Shown: positions 52,204 through 64,000 of the stretch, one piece after another
How positions within the stretch are numbered: position 1 is the stretch's first letter
Layout: every line of letters starts with the position of its first letter
DNA from: Eledone cirrhosa
Taxonomy: Eukaryota
Direction: 5' to 3'
Assembly: GCA_964016885.1 (NCBI GenBank)
Contig: OZ024749.1
Coordinates: 41,788,001 to 41,852,000 of the forward strand
DNA: 64,000 nucleotides
Program-made: the position numbers and the translations under genes
Notes under the pieces: model-generated
The model's input: only the letters and a program-made list of their open reading frames with translations
What the model was told of the DNA's origin: nothing
The model's database searches: none

Positions 52204-52251
<48 letters not shown>

Positions 52252-52346
52252 AATATAACAAAAGCATATAAAATACAATTATATATACACATACATATAC
52301 ATACAGATATATAAACATACATATATATATATATATATATACATAT

Positions 52347-52960
52347 GGATTCACCGAACATTTATTATAATGCTCGGTGTGTTTGTAAACAAACATCCAT
52401 ACGTACATATATGTGTGCATGTATGTATATATACATACTACTGTACGTCTGTATACATATATGTATGTACGTGTACATATATTTAAGTAACAGCCGTACT
52501 AAGAGTGGGAAATGAAATTTCGTTTCATTTTTTCCATTTATCGTTTTCGGTGCACCCGGCCGATTAACCCACTCGATATGCAAATTGGGCTACTCAGCCG
52601 TTAATATGCATAAGGTAAGTATATACGTTCAACAATCTGGCAGGAAGGTATACGTTGCTGACGATAGCTAATAAGCTTGAAACTAGTACAGCGTTCCTTT
52701 GTCAGTGTTGAACAAACGAGCAACGATGGTTGCTAGACACTACGTCTTAATACGGGATGTTTGTTTACAAACACACCGAGCATTATAATAAATGTTCGGT
52801 GAATCCATACGTACATATATATATATATATGTGTGCATGTATGTATATATACATACTACTGTACGTCTGTATACATATATGTATGTACGTGTACATACTT
52901 ATATTTAAGTAACAGCCATACTAAGAGTGGGAAATGAAATTTCGTTTCATTTTTTCCGTT
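52347..52960. repeat. Direct duplication (about 140 bp) with an inverted 52-bp leader
   Basis: 52399-52540 resembles 52807-52960; 52347-52398 is the exact reverse complement of 52755-52806. Confidence 0.9.
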
Positions 52961-52998
52961 TATATATAATATATATATATAAAATATATATATATAAA

Positions 52999-53031
<33 letters not shown>

Positions 53032-53435
53032 AACAAACAAACAGGCAGATACACGTGTGCATATGTATATATGCATACATTTGTGTGAGTATATATATAT
53101 CTATCTATCTATATAGACACACACCGGAGTGCACATAATATATATATATGCATACATACACGTGTGTATCTGCCTGCTTGTTTCCCTCTTTCACTCTCTC
53201 TGTTCAGAAAGAGATAAATAAATGTATATATTGATATCTACATATATGTATATGCACAATATATACACCATATATGTAAAGATGTGTATTGTAAAAATAA
53301 CTAATTCTCTCTCTCTCTCTCTATATATATATATACCATGTATAACTTAGCAGTTATTAGTAGCAGAATTATCACAAAATATAAAGTTTTGTTAATTTTG
53401 TTATTTATTTGCCTTGTTTTAAACTGTTTTTCCAG

Positions 53436-53509
53436 TCTTTCAACCTCCAAGTCTACGGTTAGCAGAACCTGGAGAGATCAGGGAAGAATATGAGAAAGCA
53501 GTCCAAAAG
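53436..53509 (+). CDS. RNF168: RNF168 exon 2
   Basis: tccAG and GTGATA; FQPPSLRLAEPGEIREEYEKAVQK resembles RNF168 LRM1 LSKPGELRREYEEEISK; phase 1 to 0. Confidence 0.9.
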
Positions 53510-53550
53510 GTGATATATATATATATATATTTGTGTTAAGGTTTTTGTCC

Positions 53551-53770
53551 TTAACCCTTTCCATACCCAAACCCCCTAAAACTGCACTTGCTTCATTGAT
53601 ACAAAGCTGTTTGATTTAAAATGTTTATATTTATCTAAAAATCTTTCATCATAACTTTATGTAAGAATCTTTAAGTTTTCTTTTAAACATCAGCTTGATA
53701 ATGAGTGTTTGATATTTTACTAAATCCCTCCAAAATCTTGAATTTATGAGAAATATGTTAACAAAGTAGT
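53551..53770. mobile_element. TTAA-type MITE, family C (degenerate)
   Basis: Family terminus ttaacccntttgataccaaacc; related stretches near 2790, 20380-20546, 22391, 55428, 57231, 60760-60945 and 63680. Confidence 0.55.
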
Positions 53771-54499
53771 TAACTGTAGCTGTATTAATTTTTATTTATT
53801 TCATGGTGCTAACATTTTCGTCACTCTCCCTTTTTGATCTGGTCATTTACACTGTTCCATTACAGTTGTTTTGACACAAATGCACTACAGTTTAGAATCT
53901 TAGTTACTATTTGGGAATGTGTGAAGACACATAGCTTAGTGATTAGGGTCTTGAAATTATGATCATATGGTCTTAATCTTTCACTCTGATTGATCAATAA
54001 GACCCCAGACATCTTCGCCTACCGAGTGGGGTGGACCTTGTCTAATCGGACCAAGGAAACGATGTTTCCATTGGTCTTTCCATGGTAATACTATCTACCG
54101 GTCGCAACTCCTTGTAGAAAGAGCAATGTGAAATAGTGTCTTGTTGAAGAACACAACGCATCGCCTGGTCCAAGAATTGAACTCACAACTTCATGATTAC
54201 GAATCCAACTCTCTGCCCATGCGCCTTCACATGTATATAATACATAATTTAAATACAGTTCTATGCTGTCTTTTCAAGGTCCACGAAACAAACAAACCTC
54301 ATGGTAATATTCCCATGATGATCTACAGTTATGAATCTTTGGTGATGAACAAAAATACGATTATGAATACAAGGTCTTTTGAAGGGTCTTTTTGAGTAAA
54401 GTTACTAAATAGGGTGTGTATTTCAAAGATCTGGGAGCCGCAACTTCTCATCAATAGATCATAGCAGCTGTACTGTGGACATTTCTAAGGAAAGAATTG

Positions 54500-54680
54500 C
54501 TGGACAGATTGTACAGGTAAAGCCAACTGAACAAGAGACCTAGATGTAGACCATAAGCAAGATGGTTTGATAACATCCATAACCTTGGTTGGTTTTGCTT
54601 GGGGATCTAGTTGGATTATTTGGAGACGGTTGCTTCTGATAGGAACCCTCTGGAAAGAGTGACTGAGGACACTACTCATA
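54500..54680 (+). mobile_element. RTE/Expander-like LINE 3' remnant (second copy at 61840-61990)
   Basis: The 61840 copy reads ARWLDNIHEL..GWSPLGIQLDQMKTVASDRTRWK; the two copies align. Confidence 0.55.
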
Positions 54681-54856
54681 CAACTCTTTTGGAAATATGT
54701 GGCAGAAGAAAAGACAGCTTTTGAATAAATTTTCGAAAATTGATAGGAAGTATGTCAAAATATTTTTACTTGTTCTAAAGTGGACTGAATAAGAAAAAGT
54801 TTGGGAAGCACTGATTTAACTGGGAAAATGATTTTAAAATACTTGTTCTGTTTCAG

Positions 54857-55012
54857 TTAACTGAAGAACGAGAAGTTCAGAAACGGAAAGAAGAAGAAGC
54901 CAGCGTAGCTCTGTTGAACTCCCTCCGTGAAGAAGAAGAAAGGTTGAGAAGAGAACAGCAGAAGTTAGAATCGCAGCTGAAAAAAGATGAAGAACTAGCT
55001 CGTCTCTTGGAG
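54857..55012 (+). CDS. RNF168: RNF168 exon 3 (coiled coil, UMI/MIU1)
   Basis: EEEASVALLNSL...QLKKDEELARLLE; 156 nt; AG/GTGAGT. Confidence 0.92.
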
Positions 55013-55566
55013 GTGAGTTCTGACATTTTACAGTGTTTTTACCATGCCTGGAGTTGTAGGAGATTTGTCATGACACATGCTGCTGTGTCATGGGCATTGA
55101 AACTTGGTAGAGCCCCTCCTGGTCTGAACACAGCTGATTTCTTCTGGAGAAGAAGAACTGATCTCAGTACATGGCTGGTATTTTATTTATTGATCTCAAA
55201 TGAAAGCCAAAGTTGCTTTTGGCTCAGAATTCAGAGAGTTGGAATGACTATTGCAAGCATTGTTTGATGTTCTAATGACTCTGCCAATTTCTCACCTATG
55301 TTTTATCTGTATGTATATATATTATAATACCTGTAAGATGTTGTTGTACCTTTTAAGGTATTGTTACTTACCTGTATATTTATTATACCAAATGATTACA
55401 TAGGCTCGGTGACCCGACAATGTTTTGTTAAACCTTTTTGATACCTCTTCAGCTGAAACTGCCTTAGATTCTGTTACAAAAATATAGTGTTTGTATTTTA
55501 TCTAAAAATCTTCCATTATGATTTTATGTAAAATATTAAGTCAATGTTCTCCAGACACTGGCTTGA

Positions 55567-55774
55567 CTCTTTAGCATTTAAACTGGTTGTATCCGGCCAG
55601 AATTCTCTCACCTCTTTCTGTTCAAACCGGCCGCTCATACTGATGTTACGGTATTTTTCTCAAAATAAATATCAAAATTTCATAGATTCCATATTATGAG
55701 AGATAATTATGTAAGTTAAAACTTTTACCACAAAAATATAATAGTAAATATAGAGTTATGTAAATGCTAAAAGG
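55567..55774. mobile_element. MITE family A copy (reverse) adjoining a family C remnant
   Basis: Reverse complement of 4297-4504; right flank TTAA. Confidence 0.85.
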
Positions 55775-55840
55775 TTAAAAACAGAAATCACACTACAAAT
55801 CTGTGACTTTGATATATGTAATGTTTTTGTTATTGTCTAG

Positions 55841-56803
55841 ACTGCAGGTACTCCAGCCCCACATAGGAGAGATGAGAGAATCACTAGTCATGAACAGATC
55901 TCAGTCAGGTTGAATAGAATTGAAGAACATAGAGAGGTTGGTAGCATTACTGCTGGCAATTCTCAACATCCGGCTGTCGCAGGTGAAGGCCACATCATTT
56001 CTTCCACAGACTCTGCTGAAAGTAGTCGGTTGAAAGATGACAATAATTCCAGCAGCACTTTCGAAGCTGCAGACCATCATTCCCCTATTGATGATGGTGC
56101 GGATAGTAACTGCAGCAGCAGCAGCAACAACAACAGTTGTTGGCCAATGGATACTACCTTATCTTCCTCTCCTCCACCTTCTCCTACATCGAACTATAAC
56201 AGTGTACCCAAACCCAACATCACCACTACCACCACCACCACCACCACCACCACCACAACCACACTATCCTCTTCTCATAAATCCACATCACGTACTCCGA
56301 AACAGTATAAATCCATCAACAGTGAAGTTTCCAAGCGTCGGATATTATTCGAGAAGAAACTGAATGTGAACAAAAAGGATACAAGAAGAAAAAACTCTGT
56401 TTCAAATGTTCACTCCAAAATTAAGTCAAATTTACTGAAAACTGATCATAACTCTAAAAAATCTGCGAAGCTTGATTTGTATTTTAGTAAAAAAGAAGCT
56501 AACAACCAACACCACCACCATCACAATAATAATAATGAAGAACACCACTACAATAATAACCATCATTCCGGTAACTATTTCGATGATGCTACAGATATCA
56601 GTGAAGAACAAGACAGATTGTATGCTCTAGCCCTTCAGAAACAGTACGACCTTGAGTATAAACTTTCTTCAATGGTGGATCGCTCCAAGGGCACATCAGA
56701 TGGTTATAAGTTGAGGGCAACAAAAAATGAAACATCAACGACCAATGATAAACGAAAAAGAAATGAAAGTGAGGATAGAGTTTCTAAAAAAGGAAAAACT
56801 TAA
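55841..56803 (+). CDS. RNF168: RNF168 last exon (low-complexity linker, MIU2, LRM2); total 489 aa
   Basis: tctAG acceptor in frame; EEQDRLYALALQKQYD..VDRSKGTSDGYKLR resembles human EEQDRLLALQLQKE..NRQKGSPDEYHLR; AATAAA at 57086. Confidence 0.92.
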   Translation, partial: TAGTPAPHRRDERITSHEQISVRLNRIEEHREVGSITAGNSQHPAVAGEGHIISSTDSAESSRLKDDNNSSSTFEAADHHSPIDDGADSNCSSSSNNNSCWPMDTTLSSSPPPSPTSNYNSVPKPNITTTTTTTTTTTTTTLSSSHKSTSRTPKQYKSINSEVSKRRILFEKKLNVNKKDTRRKNSVSNVHSKIKSNLLKTDHNSKKSAKLDLYFSKKEANNQHHHHHNNNNEEHHYNNNHHSGNYFDDATDISEEQDRLYALALQKQYDLEYKLSSMVDRSKGTSDGYKLRATKNETSTTNDKRKRNESEDRVSKKGKT

Positions 56804-57267
56804 AAGTAAAGTAAAAAGAAACTCTCAAAATACCAAATCAATCCAGAAATCTAATGAATGGACAAATATGAGGAAATCTCAGAATAAGCCAAACAAATCC
56901 ACTGATGGATGAAAGAGCTGGTAAAATCAACTAAAAATTACTTTTCTTCTTTACTTTTTCCATTGTAAAATCTAAATTTGGCCAGTTTTTAGTTGATTTT
57001 CAGGAAAAAAAAAGAGGCTTTCTTATTTGGCACTTTTATTTCCATCTTTTTTTCAGAAGAATGAGAAAAAGAAAAACAAAATACCAATAAAAATGTTATA
57101 TTTTGTATTTATTTCTTAAGAAATGTCACATGTTTGTATTTTTATTTCATTTTTTAATTTGAAATGAAAGGAACTTATTATGGTACACAGTGTATAGACT
57201 TGTATATAAGTTGCACCAGTAAATCAGTTTTTAACCCCTTTGATATTCAAACCATTTCTGCTTTTAA

Positions 57268-57448
57268 CCCTCAAGCATTTAAACTGGCTGTATCCGGCCA
57301 GAATTCTCTCACCCCTTTCTGTTCAAACTGACCACTCATATTGATGTTAAGGTATTGTTCCCAAAATCGATATTATGTGAGATTGTAAGGTAAAGCTTTT
57401 ACCTTGAAAATACAATAGTAAATATAGAGTAATGTGAATGCTAAAGGG
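57268..57448. mobile_element. MITE family A copy nested in a family C element
   Basis: TTAA flanks (57264-7, 57449-52); family C sequence on both sides. Confidence 0.85.
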
Positions 57449-58574
57449 TTAAAGTATTATAATTTTATGTAAGAACTTTAAAGTTGTTTTTGAACAGCAG
57501 CTTAATAATAGTTATATTAGTAAATCCATGTAACTTCTTGATTATTTAAAACACACCTATTAGAAATCTGGTAGGTGAGTACATAAATTATAGCTGTCTA
57601 TATTATATATTAGTTAAATTATTTAAGTAAAACTTAACATAGATGTTTTGTAAGTCCAGTAGGTGAAGTTGCAACTTATCCAGAAGTGTTTAAAAACTGT
57701 TCTTGATTGCAGGTGTAACGATTTAGCACAAAATATCAAAGTGGGTTTGTTAATTCAAATATTTATAGTATCGTTACTGATGGATAGATTGTTGCAAATA
57801 TTTGCAGGAAATTGAAGACTTTAAATCTTAAGCTATAGTGTGGTTTCATAGTTTGCAAGAATGTTTTGTTAATGTCAGACATGATGTCTATTTATTTCTA
57901 ACAGGTTAGTTTCATCTTTAACTACATATCACACCCATCCCTACCCTATTTTATAATCTTTCACTGGGGCACTGATCTGAAGTGATTTAATCGATCACAT
58001 TGACTTCCGGTACTTATTTTATCAATCTCTTTTTGTTGAATAACTAATGTTAAGACGTAAACAAACATGCACACATATGGGACCCATGGGTGAGTATTTT
58101 TAATGACCCTTTCCCCCTTGCCTAAGGTCCAGGAAACAGCACAGCAATGGATGTTAATACTAATGAAACATAACTTTATCTTTTAACAAAAGTGGATGTT
58201 TTGATATTCATGCATTTCCAGTGGCATTAATAAAGTGAAATGTTCTCTAAACAGACTACTTTATGTAATAGTAGTACTTAGTCTCTACTAGTATTATTAC
58301 ATAATGGTTTGATATAGATACAAGGCCAGCAATTTGAACTCAGAACGTAAAGGGCCATAATTATGCTGCGAAGCATGTCTGACATTGCCAATCCACCTAA
58401 TGATGAACTATGTAGTAGTAGTAGTAGTAGAGACTATTGTTATACTATACCCTATAGTAAGAGTATCTACTACTGTATGGTATAGTAGTAGAGACTATTG
58501 CCTTGTTATACTATGTTTGTTGTACATAATAGACTTATTGTTATACAATGTGAGACCTAATACTATTATTTTAA

Positions 58575-58711
58575 CCCTTTAGCATTGAAACTGGCCACTC
58601 ATACTGATGTTAAGGTATTGTTTGCAAAATAAATAACATCAAAATCTCGTAGATTTGATATTTTGTGAAATAAAGCCTTTACCACAAAATACAATAGTAT
58701 ATGCTAAAGGG
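58575..58711. mobile_element. MITE family A, internally deleted copy
   Basis: TTAA-CCCTTTAGCAT...ATGCTAAAGGG-TTAA. Confidence 0.85.
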
Positions 58712-58854
58712 TTAAGGTCAATCATTTAATTCAATATGACCCTTTCTCTGCTCCCACTACTCTAACTAAACCTATGACAGTGAAAATGTAAATTATAACA
58801 AAACTCAAAAGCAATGATCAGAGATTTATAAATACAAGTTGGTTAAAGTAGCTT

Positions 58855-58914
58855 TTAATCCGAGTCTGGTGGGGCTTCCACAAAGGCTTTTAACATGCTG
58901 TCCACTTGCATCAT
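58855..58914 (-). CDS. PELP1: PELP1/Rix1 last exon
   Basis: MMQVDSMLKAFVEAPPDSD-TAA resembles the PELP1 C-terminal MLADFIDCPPDDE; ttccAG acceptor. Confidence 0.8.
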   Translation of the reverse strand: MMQVDSMLKAFVEAPPDSD

Positions 58915-59555
58915 CTGGAAAAAGAAATACAGGAGCATTTTAGAGTTGAGTACTTTTGATCTTGAAGTAGGGTATAACACCCCCCCCCCCCCCTTTTTTT
59001 TTTGAAAACCCCAAAATGTGCATCTTGTACACTGATGTTATGAGTAAATTACCCTCACGTAGACAAAAGTGCCTCAGTAATTTTCTCAACTGTTATTAGT
59101 TGTTTGGGACTCTCACTTTTTCAAATGATGAGGGGGGGGGGGGGGGGGTCAAGTAAATTGCTCCCTTAGTACTGGTACTTTATTTGATTAACCCATTAGC
59201 ATTTAAACCTGCTGCTCAAAATAAATAATATAAAATTCTCAGATTCGATATGTGAGGTACTTGTATGAAATATAGAGTAACCTTGATGGGAAGAGCCAGA
59301 ACAAATACTACCAAGTATTTGTCCAACACTAATGATTCTGCCATTCCACTGCTTTATTTGGGTGGAAGGGAAAGTCGATTTCATTGACCCAGTAGGGGTG
59401 AATGGCAAGGCTAACCTTGGCAGGGTTTGAGCTCTGAATGTAAAAGGACGTCCCATGCTCTACCAATTCATAGCCCTATATAATAGACTTCTTTCTTACA
59501 GTTTAGTTAATACTGATACAGGCATCAACATCTAAAGAGAAATGTAATAACTTAC

Positions 59556-59627
59556 ATCATTGGTTTCTTCACTGGCCTCTTCCGCACTGTTTTCTTCTTC
59601 TGCAGAATCTTCACCACATTCTACAAA
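59556..59627 (-). CDS. PELP1: PELP1 acidic exon
   Basis: FVECGEDSAEEENSAEEASEETND; 72 nt; AG/GTAAGT. Confidence 0.78.
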
Positions 59628-60394
59628 CTATTACAAAGAGGGACATATAGATAGATATGAACACACATAAATATATATATACAGGTAATAATTCCGTTAT
59701 AACATGTGACCCAATACAAATACTTGCAACTGAGGGAGCAATTTGATTACTTTTCCCTCCCTCTCATGTTGCCACTAAACTTTCCGAAGGGCCTGGTAAT
59801 GGTACTAAACTAAGCAATGGATTAATAATGGTTTCTGATTTAGACACGAGGTCAACAATTTTTTGGGAGATGAAAGTGGATTACTGGTACTTTATTTTAT
59901 TGACCCCGTAAGGATGAAAAGCAAAGCTAACCGACCAATGAATTAATGGTTTCTAAAGCCACTGGGATTTGAACCCTTGCTAACGGAAAGCAGGCGTTAA
60001 AATTACGTTGGTGAGAGTTAACACCAGAAGGTGTTTTATCTGACACTTTCCACTGCCCCTAGAGAGGTACTTTATTTTACTCGAGCCTTTAAATGGATGA
60101 AACACTAAATTGATTGTGGCAGGATTTGAACTTAGTATGCAGAGGACTATAACAAGCACCATGCCTGACACACAAACAACTGTCAATCCATCACTGTGGA
60201 CTGCTACTTTGTTGTTTTATTCATCCGGAAAGGCAGGATTTGAACTTGGAACACAGAGAGCCGGAACAAACACTACAAGGCAATTATACAACAACAAATG
60301 GTTGAGATGATCATGGTTGGAAGACCTTTAATCTTATGTCAGCTTGATTAGGACTAATGTGGGACTAAATGACAACAACAGTATCTATATTTAC

Positions 60395-60568
60395 CTGGAT
60401 ATCCGAGTCTGAGTTAATAGGTTCAGCAGAATTTGACTCGGAGGGAGGTTCACTGACAACATCATCCATAGGTTCCCCAATTCTGGAGGACACTGGATCC
60501 ATACGGATCACTTCAGAGGGAGCTGCTATTGGTGGTACGGAGGTGGATACTTGAGAAGAACTGGCTCC
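60395..60568 (-). CDS. PELP1: PELP1 Pro/Ser-rich exon
   Basis: 174 nt, phase 0/0, tttcAG/GTAAAT; GASSSQVSTSVPP...SDIQ. Confidence 0.8.
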
Positions 60569-61261
60569 CTGAAACAGAAATTTCACGCAACAGTCATTAG
60601 TGATGATATATGAGGGCTACCTGCGCCATTCACCAATATTAATAATGAAAAACACTGCCTGTGATGTTCAATTAATTTTTATTTTAAAAAAAAATGGAAA
60701 AAATTTAGTAATATAACTTTGCCATTATGAAGGTGGTGTTTAGAATGGAAGGTTTAAATTTCAAAACAATTGGTATTTTTATCAGGGGTGACTTGATATA
60801 ATTTTATGTCAAGCCTTTGCTAAGTTATGTTCCAAACAGCAGTTAAATAATGAGAAAGTGTGTTATTAAATCTCTTAAAATTCTTCATTATTTGAAACTC
60901 AAGAAGCAATGTCTTTTCTTAGAAATATGGTATTGAAAGGGTTAAATAAACCCCTGACGTGAGTGATACGAGAAGTAGCTATGGAATTGGGGTTTGAACA
61001 TCTAGCTACAGACACCAGTAACAAGAGGAAGGCTACCTGTGGAATCAGTTACTTAAATCTTGTCCCAAGTCCAGAGATTATTCTGGTACTTTGGACGTTG
61101 ACCGGTTAAGAATATATGTTTGTAAATGGATATATATATCTCTTTATGTATATCAGAATACATATAACGAACAGAGCCTTTTGAAAAGAAGTCCTGCATC
61201 GAATTACAAATATTCCCTTGTGATATATAATATATAAACATGTGTTAAAATTTCCACTGAC

Positions 61262-61600
61262 CTCATCAAAGGAAATATTCTTTTTGAAACTGTCTGTGTT
61301 TGTTTGGCTGAGAGAGATGGCAGGTAGGTAAGCAAGAGATTCAGAACTGACAGCTGGGTTCACATTTGTCTGTTTTTGTTGGGTCCCACCAAACTCTGTC
61401 TGTAGTGGAAAGTTATTGAACGATGTCTCTCTTGGTTCTGACTCGGGGAGATTCTCCAACATCCACATACTTGGCCGACTGGAACTGATTTTCACAGTTT
61501 CTGATTGTGGCTGTGTTGATACTGTCTGGAACATCACGGAACGGCAGGCAATAGCTACAAACTCAAAACTACTCATGGCTTCTTGGCAATAACTGGAAAC
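61262..61600 (-). CDS. PELP1: PELP1 exon
   Basis: 339 nt; VSSYCQEAM resembles PELP1 EVSSFCSEAL; AG/GTCAGT. Confidence 0.82.
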
Positions 61601-62519
61601 CTTTGAAGGACATAATACACAAAAATTTGAATTAAAATTAGGGGCTGCATTATACACAAGTACATGTTTTCAGAAATTTTTTTTTACTGAGTTTTAAACA
61701 CTTAATAGCAGGTATAGAGGAGGGCTTCTTATTACGAAGTCGGCGGATGGTCTGCCAGAATACTTAATTTGCTGATCCGAAGTCCTCCCATGTTCTTTAC
61801 TATCTATGCTGTGATTCTTTGTGCCTGCCTGTACCACAAGTGCAAGACTTCGAGCAAGATGGTTGGATAACATCCATGAACTTGAGCTTGGCTGGTCTCC
61901 TTTGGGGATCCAGCTGGATCAAATGAAGACGGTTGCTTCTGACAGGACCCGCTGGAAGGAGTGCTTGAGGACTCTACCCCCCCCCCCCTCCCTCTGGAAT
62001 AAGTGGGCACAGAAGAGTTTAAACATTCATTTCAAATGCAGGGATGTGTTGATAATTGTTTACAAATGGTAGGTGATTGAACAATGATGTTCAAAGACAG
62101 GAAACTGATAAAATATATTATTAAAAGGAACAACGTAAAATCTGTCGTGTTTTGAGGTCGAACTATTGTTAAAATAAAACAAAAAACTTTCTCCACTTGG
62201 AATATTAGGGCAATAATTCCCATTCAGTTGTTTTATATTCTCTAATGCCATGAGAAACAATATTACAGTGAAATATATGAAGGAAAACATTGTACAAGTT
62301 AACAAAAATATTTCCATTGACATGGCTGTATTTGGAGTTATACAAGGATATTATTTATTCCTATTTTTTACAATTTCAGAAACTTGGTTGTATTGTAGAC
62401 AAAGAAATACAGTGTACAACTCAACAAGTAGACAATGCCAGTCACTAATAAACACCACTGTTAACACAATAGGTGATGGTAAGGACAGTGGTTAGTGATG
62501 GTGATGATGTAAGACTTAC

Positions 62520-62720
62520 CTCCAAATCAGAGTCCTCCAGTGAGGCTCTGTTCAACAATGACATAATAGTAGCTACGGGAGGACTGTAGTAGGCATGTCG
62601 GACCGTCCCCAGAGCCATCAGACAGTGATATTGTTCCTTACGGCGTTTACTTGTCATTTGGTGAGGGAACTGCTGTAGTAATGCAGTTTCAATACACTGC
62701 AACAGTGATACCTGGATGTC
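62520..62720 (-). CDS. PELP1: PELP1 exon (NUC202-like region)
   Basis: 201 nt; RRKEQYHCLMAL..YSPPVATIMSLL..EDSDLE resembles PELP1 CRRELYCLLLAL..PPPLACALQAF..EDSLE. Confidence 0.85.
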
Positions 62721-62816
62721 CTGGAAATGAAAAAGTCACCATTAGTGATATCACAGTCTTTTACTAGCTTGTTACTAGGCTGTGGCCATGCTGAAGCAAC
62801 AGTTTTTCAATCATAT

Positions 62817-62977
62817 CCCTTTGTCAAACTGCTAACTCATACTAATGTTAAGGTATTGTTCTCAAAATAAATAACATCAAAATCTTGTAGATTCGATATT
62901 ATGAGATAATTATGTAAGATAAAGACTTTACCACAAAAATACAATAGTATATATAGAGTAATGTAAATGATAAAGGG
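62817..62977. mobile_element. MITE family A copy (reverse)
   Basis: Ends gtaaatgataaaggg-TTAA. Confidence 0.8.
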
Positions 62978-63211
62978 TTAAGGTGGTGCTCCAGCATGTT
63001 CACAGTCAAAGAATAAGATGTGAAATGTCAAATTTGCTAAAACAATATGTATGCTAATCAGCAGTAGTAGCAGCAGTATGTCCATTCACTACACTGTACT
63101 ACTACTAGCATCATTGTTCTAATAATTTCACCATTTTGGTCAAAACAAATTACAACAGTAACCACTACAACTAATAGTACTGCTGCTATGGTTGATACTG
63201 AAACAACTTAC

Positions 63212-63267
63212 ATTTAAGAATTTAGCATTAATCCTTGGTCCTGTGGTAAGGATTATCCAACGCAGAG
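63212..63267 (-). CDS. PELP1: PELP1 56-nt exon
   Basis: ALRWIILTTGPRINAKFLN resembles PELP1 GLSRTILMCGPLI; phase 1 to 0; AG/GTAAGT. Confidence 0.8.
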
Positions 63268-63344
63268 CTGTAAAAGAAATGAGAGAAGTTTAGTAACTTT
63301 GAATATAAGGTGAAATTAAGGATAAATATTGGATTATAGAACAA

Positions 63345-63533
63345 TTTAGCATTTACATTACTCTATATTTACAATCGTTTTCACAGTAAAGGCTTTGCCT
63401 CACATAATATCGAATCTATGAGATTTTGATATTCATTTTGAGGACAATACCTTAGCATCAGTATGGGCAGCTAGTTACAACAGAAAGAGGTAAGAGATTC
63501 TGGCCAGATACAGCCAGTTTAAATGCTAAAGGG
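63345..63533. mobile_element. MITE family A copy (forward)
   Basis: tttagcatttacattactc...aaatgctaaaggg-TTAA. Confidence 0.85.
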
Positions 63534-63876
63534 TTAAGGTGTCTTTCATGTACTGAGGCTAGATATTCAGGTGACCACATCTTTCTTATACAATCTGTTT
63601 TGGACTTGTTTTTCTATGGCTGCATGCCTTTCCTAATGCCAACCACCTTCCAGTTTTGTGTTGTAGAACCATGAATGGTTTCATGTGGTTTGGTATCAAA
63701 ACAGTTAACTGAACTACAAGGGCAATGTAGGAGAGTTCATGTGGGAACAAGGTGCGACTGTATCAGGGAAGACAGAATCAGGGAGACATAGTGGGAACAA
63801 GGTGAAACTAAATCAGGACAGATAAACTTTGTGGGAATAAGGTGAGGCTAAATCAACTAAAAATCAAAACACTGAC

Positions 63877-63964
63877 CTGTAAGAGCTTTGACTGCTAAAT
63901 CTCCTTCTGGTGTGTTTTGACTTTTCATTGGAATTGGTCGGCCTTTTTTGTTGGTGTTGAGGAG
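63877..63964 (-). CDS. PELP1: PELP1 exon (gene continues beyond the window)
   Basis: 88 nt; LLNTNKKGRPIPMKSQNTPEGDLAVKALT; catcAG/GTCAGT. Confidence 0.75.
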
Positions 63965-64000
63965 CTGATGAAAGGATAGAAAAGAAATATTAGTGTAAAA

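Noticed and set aside
56037-56363. Overlapping alternative-frame ORF in RNF168 exon 4
   Set aside because: By-product of CAG and ACC triplet repeats; no independent support.

Overview
AT-rich, repeat-dense eukaryotic DNA; the SINE, LINE and microsatellite repertoire suggests an octopus-like cephalopod (inferred). Four intron-containing genes were assembled by hand from GT-AG exons: (1) the last 3 exons of a divergent eIF4A paralogue (+, 40..4193); (2) a complete 10-exon, 405-aa eIF4A (+, 13506..31652); (3) a 4-exon, 489-aa RNF168-like RING/MIU/LRM ubiquitin ligase (+, 39707..56803); (4) the last 7 exons of a convergent PELP1/Rix1 gene (-, 63964..58855). Non-coding DNA holds RTE, CR1 and Tx1/L1-like LINE pieces, tRNA-derived SINEs, an internally deleted piggyBac transposon, three TTAA-type MITE families, fold-back palindromes and many satellites. 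Best leads: the two tandem eIF4As differ at functional surfaces (eIF4G contacts altered in one copy, the rocaglate/pateamine pocket F163 replaced by Q in the other); candidate poison exons and snoRNAs lie in eIF4A introns; several inverted-repeat pairs could form dsRNA. I found no clearly novel system and no CRISPR array, rRNA or intact tRNA. Most short ORFs in the track are artefacts.
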